Below, piece by piece: positions 10,337 through 20,693 of a stretch of 64,000 nt of DNA; positions within the stretch are counted from its first letter, which is position 1; each line of letters starts with the position of its first letter. The notes beneath the pieces are model-generated. The model made no database searches. It had not been told where the DNA came from and was given only the letters and a program-made list of their open reading frames with translations. The translations under genes and the position numbers were made by a program. The stretch is from Candidatus Thorarchaeota archaeon (GTDB lineage: Archaea; Asgardarchaeota; Thorarchaeia; Thorarchaeales; Thorarchaeaceae): NCBI GenBank assembly GCA_048884965.1, contig JBHLQH010000014.1, positions 1 to 64,000 on the forward strand. Direction: 5' to 3'.

Positions 10337-10849
10337 TTGCAGAGGAACGAGCCAAATAGGATTACTTTAGGGACCACGCCCGAAGAAAGAACAATACAAG
10401 CCGCTCAAGAACAGAACCTGCGACTCAGAATCTCAACTTTTCCGAACGATTCACATTCCTGGTTTCTCCTGGGTTGTGTCCTTCGAAAGCAGAAACGCTA
10501 CAAGGAATCAGAGCAAGCACTTAGAAGAGCTGTTACTTTGAATCCTGCACCTACTGTGTTCTGGTCTGAACTCGCTTGTGTCCTGCAAGATCTCGGTCAT
10601 GGAAGAATCGACCCCGAGAAACTCAGAGAACTTGGAGCCGAACGTCCGGAAATTCAGGAACCCGACTCTCTTGGTATGAAAGTCCGACGAATAAGAACTG
10701 ACGATGCTCTCAGGAAGACTGAAGCCATCCCTCGTATCAATGCCCATCTCACATCACCTTGTGTTTCATGTCCGGACTACACGTATTATGGATGTAGAAG
10801 ACAGGAAGCATGTGCAGAACTTATTCAATGGAGAACGCAGCGATCCTGA
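10337..10849 (+). CDS. TPR protein with C-terminal four-Cys motif
   Basis: TPR pattern (WFLLGCVLRKQKRYKESEQALRRAVTLNP); C-terminal PCVSCPDYTYYGCRRQEACAELIQW; GGGAGG RBS before in-frame TTG at 10337 (track start 10247). Confidence 0.75.
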   Translation: MQRNEPNRITLGTTPEERTIQAAQEQNLRLRISTFPNDSHSWFLLGCVLRKQKRYKESEQALRRAVTLNPAPTVFWSELACVLQDLGHGRIDPEKLRELGAERPEIQEPDSLGMKVRRIRTDDALRKTEAIPRINAHLTSPCVSCPDYTYYGCRRQEACAELIQWRTQRS

Positions 10850-11103
10850 TTGCAATATTGAGCAACATTGGGAACACTCGGCATATTTGGGTCTAGTAGC
10901 ATTAGCACCATGAAACTGAGCAATATCGTTAATCAGCGAATTCTCGATTGGATAGCTTTTGTTCGAACGGTCAAACTTTAAATTCATAGATTTCCGACAT
11001 GAGGACAGGAGTCGGGGGAATATCATGATTCTCACTGATTGTGTGAGATAATGGTATGTTGCTTACTCAGGCTTCTTGTAGATTTATTGAGAGAGGAAGA
11101 ATA

Positions 11104-11502
11104 TTGGAGTTTGCGTTGAAGGGGATTAATCCTCGGAGCAGGATTGGGGAATCGTTAAAATACGATGTTTGGTCTTGGCGACCTTTATGGCATATCATTG
11201 TGAATAACTCTGAAATGCTTGATGAGCAAGATCGAGAGATGGGTCAATCGAAAATTCCATTGGAGATTATTGGCACGAAGCATTCAGCTGTAATTGATTC
11301 TCTCTATCGTGTTCTAAAGAATCGCTCTCATGGTGAAGTTGAAAAAGCACTGGATCAAGCTCCCTTCCTAACGGTGGATGGGAAGAAATCGATAGTTGCA
11401 GAATTGAGTCATGAAAGAAAGCAAAGTTACCAATTCAATTGGAATGCAGCTGTAGACCTACTGAGATTCTGCAAATCAAATGAAGGATTTGCCATCGGGT
11501 AA
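11104..11502 (+). CDS. Hypothetical protein resembling a phage-associated WRPLW family
   Basis: VWSWRPLW...FCKSNEGFAI; GAGAGGA before in-frame TTG at 11104 (track start 11056). Confidence 0.7.
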   Translation: MEFALKGINPRSRIGESLKYDVWSWRPLWHIIVNNSEMLDEQDREMGQSKIPLEIIGTKHSAVIDSLYRVLKNRSHGEVEKALDQAPFLTVDGKKSIVAELSHERKQSYQFNWNAAVDLLRFCKSNEGFAIG

Positions 11503-11615
11503 GTTTGGAAATGTTGCGATTGGATACAACTTCATCCTGATTTGCATAAGACGAAATCGTATCATATAGCAAATCCTAAATAGTATAATAAAACTATAGT
11601 TAATTAGGGATTTGA

Positions 11616-12641
11616 ATGACACGCAGGCAAGTATTCCTATTTTTAGCATATACAATAATTGCATCTCTTCTTGTTGTGGGTAGTTCAGCACATGTACCAA
11701 TAATTGGGGATGCTGGAACCTCACCTGAAACAGCGATTGAGATCGAAGATCCTACAAAATCAATCGTTGTTTATTCTGAGCTACACGAAGCTCAGGAGCC
11801 ACAATACTTCTACCTTCACATGGAATCTGTAACAAGACTACGCATCACCATCAACTTGCCTCTGGAATACGAAGGGATTGATTTCAATCCAACCCTTATC
11901 ATCATGGGCCATGACTTGGGGACGAATGATACTATTCCGGAATATGTTGAGCTACCGTCTGGTCTGGAAGCGATGGTTTTTGAGTCTGAAACATCTATTC
12001 CTGTATATGAAGGATTCACTCCTTCCGCTTTTCTAGTAACACTTAATCTTAATCTGCAAGTGTCAGATGTTGATCACTACTATCTAGCAGTATTCGATGA
12101 TTCCATGGGTGGTAGATACTCAATTACACTTGGATACGTGGAAATCTTCACTCTGGAAGAATGGCTCCTTGTTCCTTTCAGTGTGATATCTATCCACCTG
12201 TGGGAAGGACAATCGTTGGCTTTGATTCTTCTACCCATGTTGGTTATACCAGTAATTGGCTTGATACTATTCCAAAGGGGATTCCTGAAAATTGTTAAAA
12301 GAGATAATCCTCTCGTTTGGATTGGTCTTGTTTCAACGTTATTCATTCTTGCGAGTGGTGCAGTAATATTCATGCAAATGATCCTTGCAACAGCTTCAGT
12401 AGGTTTTGATCCACAAATTGTGATTACATTCATCTTTGGATTGCTTCCATTTACGCTTGGATTCTTTGGGGCCCGTTTACTATCCAAAGCTGATGACTTC
12501 CTAGATAGACCTAACGCGATCAGGTTATTTGCCATTGGCATTATATCCTTGTTCGTTTGGGGTGGATACATCATCGGACCTCTTATTCTCTCACTCATCT
12601 CTCTCCTTTCACTTGTAAAATCGTTCGGTACATCTAAGTAA
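11616..12641 (+). CDS. Secreted beta-domain plus C-terminal multi-TM membrane protein
   Basis: Signal peptide ending SSA-HVP; YEGFTPS motif; four to five C-terminal TM helices. Confidence 0.85.
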   Translation: MTRRQVFLFLAYTIIASLLVVGSSAHVPIIGDAGTSPETAIEIEDPTKSIVVYSELHEAQEPQYFYLHMESVTRLRITINLPLEYEGIDFNPTLIIMGHDLGTNDTIPEYVELPSGLEAMVFESETSIPVYEGFTPSAFLVTLNLNLQVSDVDHYYLAVFDDSMGGRYSITLGYVEIFTLEEWLLVPFSVISIHLWEGQSLALILLPMLVIPVIGLILFQRGFLKIVKRDNPLVWIGLVSTLFILASGAVIFMQMILATASVGFDPQIVITFIFGLLPFTLGFFGARLLSKADDFLDRPNAIRLFAIGIISLFVWGGYIIGPLILSLISLLSLVKSFGTSK

Positions 12642-12689
12642 AGTAATCTTCAACCGAAACGCCTTACAACTGCTGTCCTGTGTGCTAGA

Positions 12690-14660
12690 CTAGATACCTA
12701 AGGATTTCAAGAATGCATCGTTGTTGGACTCGCGACCCAGAAATTCCTTCACGATTTCATCTGGATCCTTGCTTCCTCCCGGAGCCAGTATTTTCTGACG
12801 GAATTCCAATCCAGTCTTCTCATCCATGAATCCATTCTTCTCGAATTTCGTAAAAACATCTTCAGCATAGACTTTTGACCACATATAGCTGTAGTATCCT
12901 GCTTGATACCCTCCCATGATATGGTCAAATCCTGCGTCTGGCATCACCCCCTCAGGTATCTCAAATCTTGTGATTTCTTTGAAGAGCTTGCAGAACACAT
13001 CACTTGTATTTTCGATTCTCTCAGTATGATATTTCATATCTATTAGCGAGTAGAAAATCTGGCGAAGCTGAAGAGTTCCAACATTGAGTAGCTTAGCATC
13101 TATCATCCTCTTAAGGAGATTTGAGGGTAGTTTCTTTGACTTATCCTCATAATGCCCAGAGATCAGAGAGAGTACTTCTTCTTTCCAAGCCCAATTCTCG
13201 AACATCATAGATGGCACCTCAATGAAATCCGGTAGGACTCCATCAAGACCAAACCGAGCATATGTTGTCTTATTTGATATCACGTGCATGAGATGCCCAA
13301 ACTCATGGAAGAATGTTACTACCTCACTATGGGTCAATAAAGAAGGCTGGCTCTTGGTAGGTTTCTGGAAATTAACGACCATTGATGCAATGGGCAAATA
13401 GGTCCTACCTTCAATCACTCTCCTCTCGTGTATCGGAAAGACCGCATAGTGTTTAAACTTCCCTTCTCTTGGGTATAAATCTAGATAGAAAACTCCCAGG
13501 ATTTCATCATCTGTTGAATCATAGACCTTGAATTCTCGGATATCACTATCCCAAACTTCTGGATTCTCGGTTTCCTTAAACTCCAGATTCAATACCTTTT
13601 GATATACCTGAAGAACACCTTCAACGACTGACTCCATTGGGAAGTACTTTTTGATCTCATTCTGGTCAATGGAATAATCTTGCTTCTTCAATATCTCGTT
13701 GTAGTAGAATAAATCCCATACCTTCAATTCTGTTTCTTCAAAAGGAATACCAAGTTCATCCGATTTCAGTTGACGCATTCTATCTGCTTCTTTGAGACTT
13801 AGTGGTGTCAGCTTCTCTTTGAGTTGATACATGAAATCAAATACTCTTTCTGGAGTCTTCGCCATCTTTCTGCTGATTTCATATACTGCAAAATTATCAT
13901 GATGCAACAGCTTGGCTTGTCGATCTCTCAACGCAAGAGTATCTATAAGTTTCTCCACATTCTCTTCGCCACCTCTTCGATAGAATGCGAGTTGCATTCT
14001 TTCTCGAGTCTTTGGATTCTTAGCAAACTGAATCACTGGGTAATAGATTGGATAGTCCAATGATAGAAGGTATTTATCTCCCTCCATCTCCAAATCTTGG
14101 AAAATCTCTTCTGGAACTCCTTCGAGTTCCTCTTTCGTACATGGCACAGTGTCAGTAGTTTCATTGAGTGCTCTACTGAAGTCGGACTGGCGAACTGAAA
14201 TGTTATTTGCGATCTCCAAGAATTCCATTCTCATATCCTGCATTAAAGCCGCTCCACGATGTCGGAAATCTTCCAATGTCTTCTTCAGCAGAATCTGCTC
14301 TTCTGCTTCAAACGAAGTGATCTGAGATTCAAGTCTTGCAAGCACATTATAGATATCGTTCCGATTCAACACCTCATTTATGAATTTGAAATACTCCTGC
14401 TCAACCTCATGTCCCGCATCTCGCTGTGCCTTGTTGGTGGATGTGCTTTTTAGAAAAATCAGATGAGCAAGCTCTTCTTTAACAATAGCTAGAACTTCTT
14501 CGAAGGCGAGTAGAGTTTCCAAGCTTGTGTTTTCCTCTGAGGTCTTTGCGATGTCATCTAATGCCTTCTTGGCCTCTTCTATTACTTCCTCCGAAGTGGA
14601 TTGAAAGGTGGAGGGATCTATATTCCAATCCATTTTTCGGATGATACCTTCCTCAGTCAT
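12690..14660 (-). CDS. M3A family metallopeptidase (thimet oligopeptidase-like)
   Basis: FYLDLYPREGKFKH, FHEFGHLMH, DFIEVPSMMFENW and GYQAGYYSYMWS. Confidence 0.96.
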   Translation of the reverse strand: MTEEGIIRKMDWNIDPSTFQSTSEEVIEEAKKALDDIAKTSEENTSLETLLAFEEVLAIVKEELAHLIFLKSTSTNKAQRDAGHEVEQEYFKFINEVLNRNDIYNVLARLESQITSFEAEEQILLKKTLEDFRHRGAALMQDMRMEFLEIANNISVRQSDFSRALNETTDTVPCTKEELEGVPEEIFQDLEMEGDKYLLSLDYPIYYPVIQFAKNPKTRERMQLAFYRRGGEENVEKLIDTLALRDRQAKLLHHDNFAVYEISRKMAKTPERVFDFMYQLKEKLTPLSLKEADRMRQLKSDELGIPFEETELKVWDLFYYNEILKKQDYSIDQNEIKKYFPMESVVEGVLQVYQKVLNLEFKETENPEVWDSDIREFKVYDSTDDEILGVFYLDLYPREGKFKHYAVFPIHERRVIEGRTYLPIASMVVNFQKPTKSQPSLLTHSEVVTFFHEFGHLMHVISNKTTYARFGLDGVLPDFIEVPSMMFENWAWKEEVLSLISGHYEDKSKKLPSNLLKRMIDAKLLNVGTLQLRQIFYSLIDMKYHTERIENTSDVFCKLFKEITRFEIPEGVMPDAGFDHIMGGYQAGYYSYMWSKVYAEDVFTKFEKNGFMDEKTGLEFRQKILAPGGSKDPDEIVKEFLGRESNNDAFLKSLGI

Positions 14661-14774
14661 AGTTCCGCTTCATCTAATCACTATATTTAAAGTTCAAGCT
14701 ATACGCCGATTCTTTTCAGAGATTCAAAGATGTTATATTCTCTCAGGATTAAAATATGATGGAGCAGGGATTTC

Positions 14775-15251
14775 ATGAAGTTCTGGTATACACCAAAAGT
14801 AGCATATTTTCTTCTACTAATCACTCTGGCACTTCCATTCAATATAATGATTCAATTGCTGTCTTCAGAGAGTTATACAGTTGTGATTATGGCTCCATTA
14901 TGGCAGTATATCATGTCTTCCTCCGACTATGTGAATTTCGCGTTTAATCCATTTGGCATAATCTTTGTCATTTGGTTTGGACCAAGTGTCTATATCTCAA
15001 AGGTGGCCTATGATGCTACTACCAAGAAAGACCTCACACGATGGGACTATGGAAAACGAGTCTTTAGTGCAATGGTGATTCAGGTGGTCATAGGACTTGT
15101 TCTACCTCCTGCAAGTGGATATCCCCCTCCTGTAAACCTCCCCATATTCATTACAGGAATAGTCGCATTGCTTCTTACAAGATGGATAGTTCCAATGAGA
15201 AATGAGGTATGGGATGTTGACTCAGCAGAGAATGACGTATTCATCGAATAA
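14775..15251 (+). CDS. Hypothetical membrane protein (~4 TM)
   Basis: Hydrophobic segments with acidic C-terminal tail. Confidence 0.8.
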   Translation: MKFWYTPKVAYFLLLITLALPFNIMIQLLSSESYTVVIMAPLWQYIMSSSDYVNFAFNPFGIIFVIWFGPSVYISKVAYDATTKKDLTRWDYGKRVFSAMVIQVVIGLVLPPASGYPPPVNLPIFITGIVALLLTRWIVPMRNEVWDVDSAENDVFIE

Positions 15252-15260
15252 CTGTGGTTT

Positions 15261-15749
15261 TTATGCTGCCTCTTCAGGCCAGGGTTCAGAGTATTCACAG
15301 GGATAGACCTTCAGAATTACCAACCCCACAATTGCTGGAATCGGAATTGGAATAGCAATAATCAGACCTCCGCCAAATGCCACTCCTAATAGATTGACAA
15401 AGAAGGTGACAATTCCCGGTCCCATACTAAGCCACCCTATTCTCTTTGCAGTCCTCTCCGACGTCCATCCAAGATAATATCCCACTAGTACCAACATGAA
15501 GATGATCATAATCCAATCCATCCAAAGGAAAGGATTTGGAATATAATTCATACCAACAGGAAATGGGGCATCGATAAGAAATCCCATTGAGTTCGATCGA
15601 ATCCAATAGAATGGGGACCTGATCTCATAGGATGATAATCTAACAACTATCATGAATGGAGTGAAAGCGAAAAGAAGCACAAAGACCAAGACCACCAGTG
15701 CTATGAACCTGCCATTCTTGGGAACTACTTCTTGAACTCCCTCGCCCAT
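15261..15749 (-). CDS. Hypothetical membrane protein (~4 TM), similar architecture to its convergent neighbour
   Basis: Hydrophobic segments, IPIP motif, C-terminal PW plus acidic tail. Confidence 0.8.
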   Translation of the reverse strand: MGEGVQEVVPKNGRFIALVVLVFVLLFAFTPFMIVVRLSSYEIRSPFYWIRSNSMGFLIDAPFPVGMNYIPNPFLWMDWIMIIFMLVLVGYYLGWTSERTAKRIGWLSMGPGIVTFFVNLLGVAFGGGLIIAIPIPIPAIVGLVILKVYPCEYSEPWPEEAA

Positions 15750-15909
15750 ACCATCAGCACCGTACTTTTGATACCTGTCATTCTAATAAATTCAAGGTAT
15801 TGAAATACGCGCCATTGGATCTATTGACAGTAAAGAATATACAGGCGTTAGCCGCAATCTTTCGAAACCCATGAATACAGTCAGGTGGTAGCTACTGACA
15901 ACAACATCA

Positions 15910-16575
15910 ATGAATGATGCAGAGTTCTGCGGATATCTGTCCTCAGTTGCGGATGAGATCAAATCCGCCACAGGGGAGAGAAGGCTAACCATAGGATGGC
16001 AATTCTTGGAGAAGATGGGATTAGACGAGTTCTCGGGATGCGATATCGATCTCGTACCTATTTTGGAGCAAATACCTCCAGGGTCTGATTTTGTTGATGT
16101 ACAAAGCTATCTCCAACATACGCTTGTTGAGTCACTGTTCAGTAACATCTCTTCGGGTGGTACATCAATTCTTCTTGATACAGAAAAGATGAGGAATACA
16201 CCAGCAGAAGTTCTCATCCCATTGATTGAGAGGCAAAGAAGAGATGAGCTAAGGAGGGCAAGGTTTCGTCTTAATGGTCGAGAGCTCGTGCAATGTGATG
16301 TCTACATGAATGAGTTGCGCTCGCTCTTTGTTCCAGACTGTGAGAACTATGTCAACTTGGAAGATATTTGGATGACAGCAATGGGGTTTCGAGTGCTATC
16401 TGATTTGGGCTTTGGACTTTTCACCAATGATCGGGGTTTGAAACAGGTCCGAAAGCTACTAGGAATTGCAGGGCTAGGTCAAAAGGAACTACTTTACAAC
16501 CAGCTACCTTCTGACTCGAAGATGTCTCCTGCGATGAAATCGATAATAAACAAGCAAATATGCGATGACTGCTAG
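15910..16575 (+). CDS. Hypothetical protein
   Basis: 221-aa ORF. Confidence 0.75.
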   Translation: MNDAEFCGYLSSVADEIKSATGERRLTIGWQFLEKMGLDEFSGCDIDLVPILEQIPPGSDFVDVQSYLQHTLVESLFSNISSGGTSILLDTEKMRNTPAEVLIPLIERQRRDELRRARFRLNGRELVQCDVYMNELRSLFVPDCENYVNLEDIWMTAMGFRVLSDLGFGLFTNDRGLKQVRKLLGIAGLGQKELLYNQLPSDSKMSPAMKSIINKQICDDC

Positions 16576-16597
16576 ATGTGCACGGAAGTTTTGACCC

Positions 16598-17347
16598 TTG
16601 AAAGTTGGCTTACTCTGTCCTAGAATCAGAGGCAATATTCAAGAGAATCAGCAGCAAATTCTCAGATTTGCGAAGAAAGCTGCAGATGAGGGTGCGGAAC
16701 TCGTGGTATTGCCTGAGGTCGCCGCTACTGGATTAATCAATACCCATGTACCTCAGAATGACTACGAGATTGCTGAGGAACTAATGGGTGTCCTAACTTC
16801 ACAATGGTGTTCTTTCGCTCAAGAGCATGCGATTCACTTTGCTGCCGGATTCTTCGAACGAGATGGTGATTCCATCTACGACTCTGCAATAATGTTTGAC
16901 CCTACTGGAGAGGTCCTTCTTCATTATCGACGGATGGATTCTGGTTGGCATAGTACGTCTGCTAGTTCAATCATCTATCGTGAAGGGGATAGGGTTGTTG
17001 TCAAAGATACAATACTAGGTAGAACTGCATTCTTGATATGTGGGGATCTTTGGAATGATGCGATTCTAACTGAACTAGTTATGCACAAACCCAATGTGGT
17101 TCTCTATACATTCGCTAGGAGTTTCGATATATCGAGCGAAGAGTCCTCAGATTGGACGAGTGAATTGGCTGCATACAAGCAAAGATGGATTTCACTGGAT
17201 GCATCAGTCTTAGCGGTCAATCTATTGGGCGACGGGATGCATGAAACCTCTATTGGCGGTGCATGGGCTTTGGAACGAGGGGGCAACATCCAAGAACTCG
17301 TTCCTATACTCACGGAAGGGTATTCAGTCATTGATTTCTATCCTTGA
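16598..17347 (+). CDS. Carbon-nitrogen hydrolase (nitrilase superfamily)
   Basis: LVVLPE, HYRR and LICGD motifs; the catalytic Lys position reads Arg. Confidence 0.88.
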   Translation: MKVGLLCPRIRGNIQENQQQILRFAKKAADEGAELVVLPEVAATGLINTHVPQNDYEIAEELMGVLTSQWCSFAQEHAIHFAAGFFERDGDSIYDSAIMFDPTGEVLLHYRRMDSGWHSTSASSIIYREGDRVVVKDTILGRTAFLICGDLWNDAILTELVMHKPNVVLYTFARSFDISSEESSDWTSELAAYKQRWISLDASVLAVNLLGDGMHETSIGGAWALERGGNIQELVPILTEGYSVIDFYP

Positions 17348-17395
17348 TTATTAACCACATTTGCAAAAGGTATTGAATTATTAGTAACCTCTGCA

Positions 17396-18106
17396 TTGAG
17401 TGTTCGAGGAATTTGTATGAGCGATGTATCTGATAGGATTAGAACTGTGTCTATATTTGTCTTCATGGGATTTCTGATGACCATTGGAATGGCTATAGGC
17501 ACCGTGACAAGCCCGGAGGGAGGCCAGTTTCATGAGGTGGTTGATCCACAAGTGATTATTGATACACTTGTATCAAGCTCGCCTGCTGACCTTCAAGCGC
17601 GTCTTATAGGAATCGTCTTGGATAATTTCTTCATCTTAGGCTATCTTGCCATATTCTACGGTATCTATCTACTTGTTCAGAACAAGGACCCATTTCTCTC
17701 CAAATTTGCATTTGCATTTGGAATAGGTACTGGAGTCTGTGACATGATTGAGAATGCGATTCATGTTGCACTCATTAACGGTATTCCCGCTGGTTGGACT
17801 CCTGATCCCCTCATCTTTGTCGGATTATGGTCCTTCACCTTCATCAAAGACATCACCAGCTATATGGCAGGACTTGTATTTGTGATCCTTCTTATTCTCG
17901 ATATGAATAAGCCAACAGCACTAAGGTTCTCAAAGATTGTCTTGGCAATCTTAGTGGGAGTGTACGTATCTTTGGGGTCGATAGCAATCGTGATTCCAAG
18001 TGTACTCACAATCAGAAATCTTAGTTTCATGATTGATATGGGGATAGGGAGCTACTTCATGTTTTCAATCTCAAGGAAACTAGATCCTTCTAAGGACGGG
18101 ACCTAG
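17396..18106 (+). CDS. Hypothetical multi-pass membrane protein
   Basis: Five to six TM segments; LDNFFILGY and DMIEN motifs. Confidence 0.8.
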   Translation: MSVRGICMSDVSDRIRTVSIFVFMGFLMTIGMAIGTVTSPEGGQFHEVVDPQVIIDTLVSSSPADLQARLIGIVLDNFFILGYLAIFYGIYLLVQNKDPFLSKFAFAFGIGTGVCDMIENAIHVALINGIPAGWTPDPLIFVGLWSFTFIKDITSYMAGLVFVILLILDMNKPTALRFSKIVLAILVGVYVSLGSIAIVIPSVLTIRNLSFMIDMGIGSYFMFSISRKLDPSKDGT

Positions 18107-18115
18107 TTTCTTGAC

Positions 18116-19090
18116 TTACCTAAGAGTGATACTTATCTCTCTCATCAGGGGTTTCAAACCCTTAATCAACAGCATCAGAGCTAGAAGAATCATTACTCCA
18201 CCTGCTACACCAGTGCTTATTGTTGCACTCCATGAAAGTATCTCTTCGTTTAGGTCGATACCAATTCTTCTGAGTATAAAGGATGTAAATCCAAAGAAGC
18301 TACCACACATCGAGAAGAATGCCGGTACTTTTCTTGAAACACTAATATTCAGTGCGCCTATGTTCAAGTCTATCGGTTTCTTCTGGATGTTCACTTCTGC
18401 CGATTCGATACCAAGAGGTCGGATTTGACCATCCGCTGTTACCACTTGGAACTCGACATTCAAATCATATTTGCCTTCTTTCAATGGGAGTACTTTGAAC
18501 TCAGCTCTTGTTTCATTGTCTAATGCCGATACCTTGAGATCCCGATATGCAGGTGATATATTACAGCCACTACATACTGGAACTACGCGAATATGTCCTG
18601 TCTTCGGAAGCTTGTACGTTTCATCTGATTCATGAACTGAGGAGCCTTCAGGGGTTTTGATCTTGAAATCTGGTCGATGTAGTGAAACGATCAGATCGAA
18701 CTCCTCTTCCAAGCACATTCTCTCCCAATAGATGAGAGATGCCTTTCTCTCTATTATCTCAGCAGCCCCCATTCCCATTATAGGCTCCATCTTATCGGGT
18801 TCTGCAATAGAACTCCTCACATCGAATTCATCATCTCCGCTCCATGCAGAAGAGGGCATGGATTCAGCCATCCTCTTATAACGATCAGGTCCCCTCTCGG
18901 CTTTCATAGGTCCTGACAATTCAACTTCTTCATGTAGGTCTTCTTCAGGATACTCCTTTTGCGGAGTCGGAGCTGGCATCGAAGCAGTCTTTCCTTTCCT
19001 GGCGGAACCTGGTTTTCGTACAGCCGTGAAGGAGTATAGGAGTGTTAGAAATGACACGACTAAGATAAGGAGCGCGATATATTCAAGCAT
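18116..19090 (-). CDS. Membrane protein: N-terminal TM, disordered linker, Ig-like beta domain, two C-terminal TMs
   Basis: Hydropathy pattern; AEFKVLPLKEGKYDLNVEF beta-sandwich-like strands. Confidence 0.8.
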   Translation of the reverse strand: MLEYIALLILVVSFLTLLYSFTAVRKPGSARKGKTASMPAPTPQKEYPEEDLHEEVELSGPMKAERGPDRYKRMAESMPSSAWSGDDEFDVRSSIAEPDKMEPIMGMGAAEIIERKASLIYWERMCLEEEFDLIVSLHRPDFKIKTPEGSSVHESDETYKLPKTGHIRVVPVCSGCNISPAYRDLKVSALDNETRAEFKVLPLKEGKYDLNVEFQVVTADGQIRPLGIESAEVNIQKKPIDLNIGALNISVSRKVPAFFSMCGSFFGFTSFILRRIGIDLNEEILSWSATISTGVAGGVMILLALMLLIKGLKPLMREISITLR

Positions 19091-19187
19091 AGCGAATACC
19101 CACTCACTAGTCTATAGTTGGATGATAAATGCCTTTCTGCAATCTTACTCCTTCCAGTGAGATTACATTCCTCAGCCTTTCACTGCA

Positions 19188-20693
19188 TCAGTTAGTTCTG
19201 AATTTCTTACCCTCCCTCTTACACAGGATCTGTATGACGTTCCTTCCGGTAAAAACACACGAGGGGACTCCTCCGCCAGGAAGGACCCATTGTCCCGCCA
19301 TGTAGAAGTTCCCCAATCCTGGAAGAGTGCGAGAAATCTGGGTCATAAGGGATTCTTTGGTCATCAGCCAACCCATGGGTGATCCCTTATGGTTCAGAGT
19401 ATATCTCCAAGTAGTGTGCGGAGTAGCCACATCGATTACATCGATTTGCCCAGATATGCCTGGATAATATCCTTCTAAACGTTCAAGGATCATCTTAGCG
19501 ATTCTATCCTTTTCCTTCTCATACTCATCTCTATTCTTTTGGAGATCATGCCAATACTCCCATTCAGTTTCAAGCATGATTTGAATCACAGAGCTACCTG
19601 CAGGTGCAAATTCATCACTGTAGTTGAAAACACGAAGTGGTAGGAGTTTGGTCTGTCTTTCTCCATAGACAAGAGGTTCCGAAAGCATGAAGACAGTCAT
19701 TGACGCTTCAGATGTGAACTCTCTCCTTACGCCAAAGCTAACCATAATGGTAGGATCAAAGGATTTCCATTCTCTGTAGATCTTCTCGAGTTTTTCAGAT
19801 ACATACTTACCATCCAATAGCTTGTAAATAGTGTCATATCCATCAGCCGCAGAGACAACGATATCAGCCCTATGCTCACTACCGTCTTCAAGCAAGATGC
19901 CTACTGCCGTATCTTTCTCAACAATGATCTGTTTTACCGTTGACCTGTAATTGATTTTACCTCCTAGCGATTCGTACCTTTCTACAATAGGATCAATGAA
20001 CCCAGGACATCCCTTTGTAAGAAGACCTAGGTATCCACCCGCCACGCAGGCTAGAATCATAATTACGAACCATATTGGCCCATCTGGAGAGAACAGGTTC
20101 ACTACAATTTCTTGCAGCTGAGGACTTTTGAAGCGCTTGACATATTCTTTGCATGATTTATTGAATTTTCCAGTGAAGTACTTCATGAAGCTCCTCATGC
20201 TCCACAGTTCCTTTATCGAGCCCAATCTTCCTTTAATCTCCGGAGGATCAACACTCATACCTAGATCTGTCAGCATTGGTGAATCCTTCATCCAATCGAC
20301 TTCCTTGATGAGCGAACGTATCTCTTCTTCATCCTCTGGAGATAACTGAATGAGGTCTTGTTCTAGTTTCTTCAAATCGTCCGTGAACGCGATCAGATCC
20401 GTTCCGTCTGCATCGACGAATTTGAGGTATGTTTTCATATCTACTGTTGATTGAGGCCTGTTAGTTCCTATCTCGCGATAGACATCTGATATCTGATTGC
20501 CCGGTTTATGAGCTATCAGAAAGTGGATACCTCCATCAATGAGGTACTGCTTCCGTTTCCATGCTGTAGCTAACCCCCCTGGCTTGGAATGGTGTTCGTA
20601 TATCACACTGTCATATCCATTCAGCTGGGCATAGCAGCCAGTAGCGAGACCAGCAATTCCTGCCCCAATAATGATAATTGATTTCTTACTCAT
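19188..20693 (-). CDS. Phytoene dehydrogenase-like FAD-dependent oxidoreductase
   Basis: IIGAGIAGL Rossmann motif, VATPHTTWRYT and FYMAGQWVLPGGGVP. Confidence 0.92.
   Translation of the reverse strand: MSKKSIIIIGAGIAGLATGCYAQLNGYDSVIYEHHSKPGGLATAWKRKQYLIDGGIHFLIAHKPGNQISDVYREIGTNRPQSTVDMKTYLKFVDADGTDLIAFTDDLKKLEQDLIQLSPEDEEEIRSLIKEVDWMKDSPMLTDLGMSVDPPEIKGRLGSIKELWSMRSFMKYFTGKFNKSCKEYVKRFKSPQLQEIVVNLFSPDGPIWFVIMILACVAGGYLGLLTKGCPGFIDPIVERYESLGGKINYRSTVKQIIVEKDTAVGILLEDGSEHRADIVVSAADGYDTIYKLLDGKYVSEKLEKIYREWKSFDPTIMVSFGVRREFTSEASMTVFMLSEPLVYGERQTKLLPLRVFNYSDEFAPAGSSVIQIMLETEWEYWHDLQKNRDEYEKEKDRIAKMILERLEGYYPGISGQIDVIDVATPHTTWRYTLNHKGSPMGWLMTKESLMTQISRTLPGLGNFYMAGQWVLPGGGVPSCVFTGRNVIQILCKREGKKFRTN

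Noticed and set aside
19188-20693. Carotenoid biosynthesis cluster
   Set aside because: There is no phytoene synthase or cyclase nearby; this broad oxidoreductase family is common outside carotenoid pathways.
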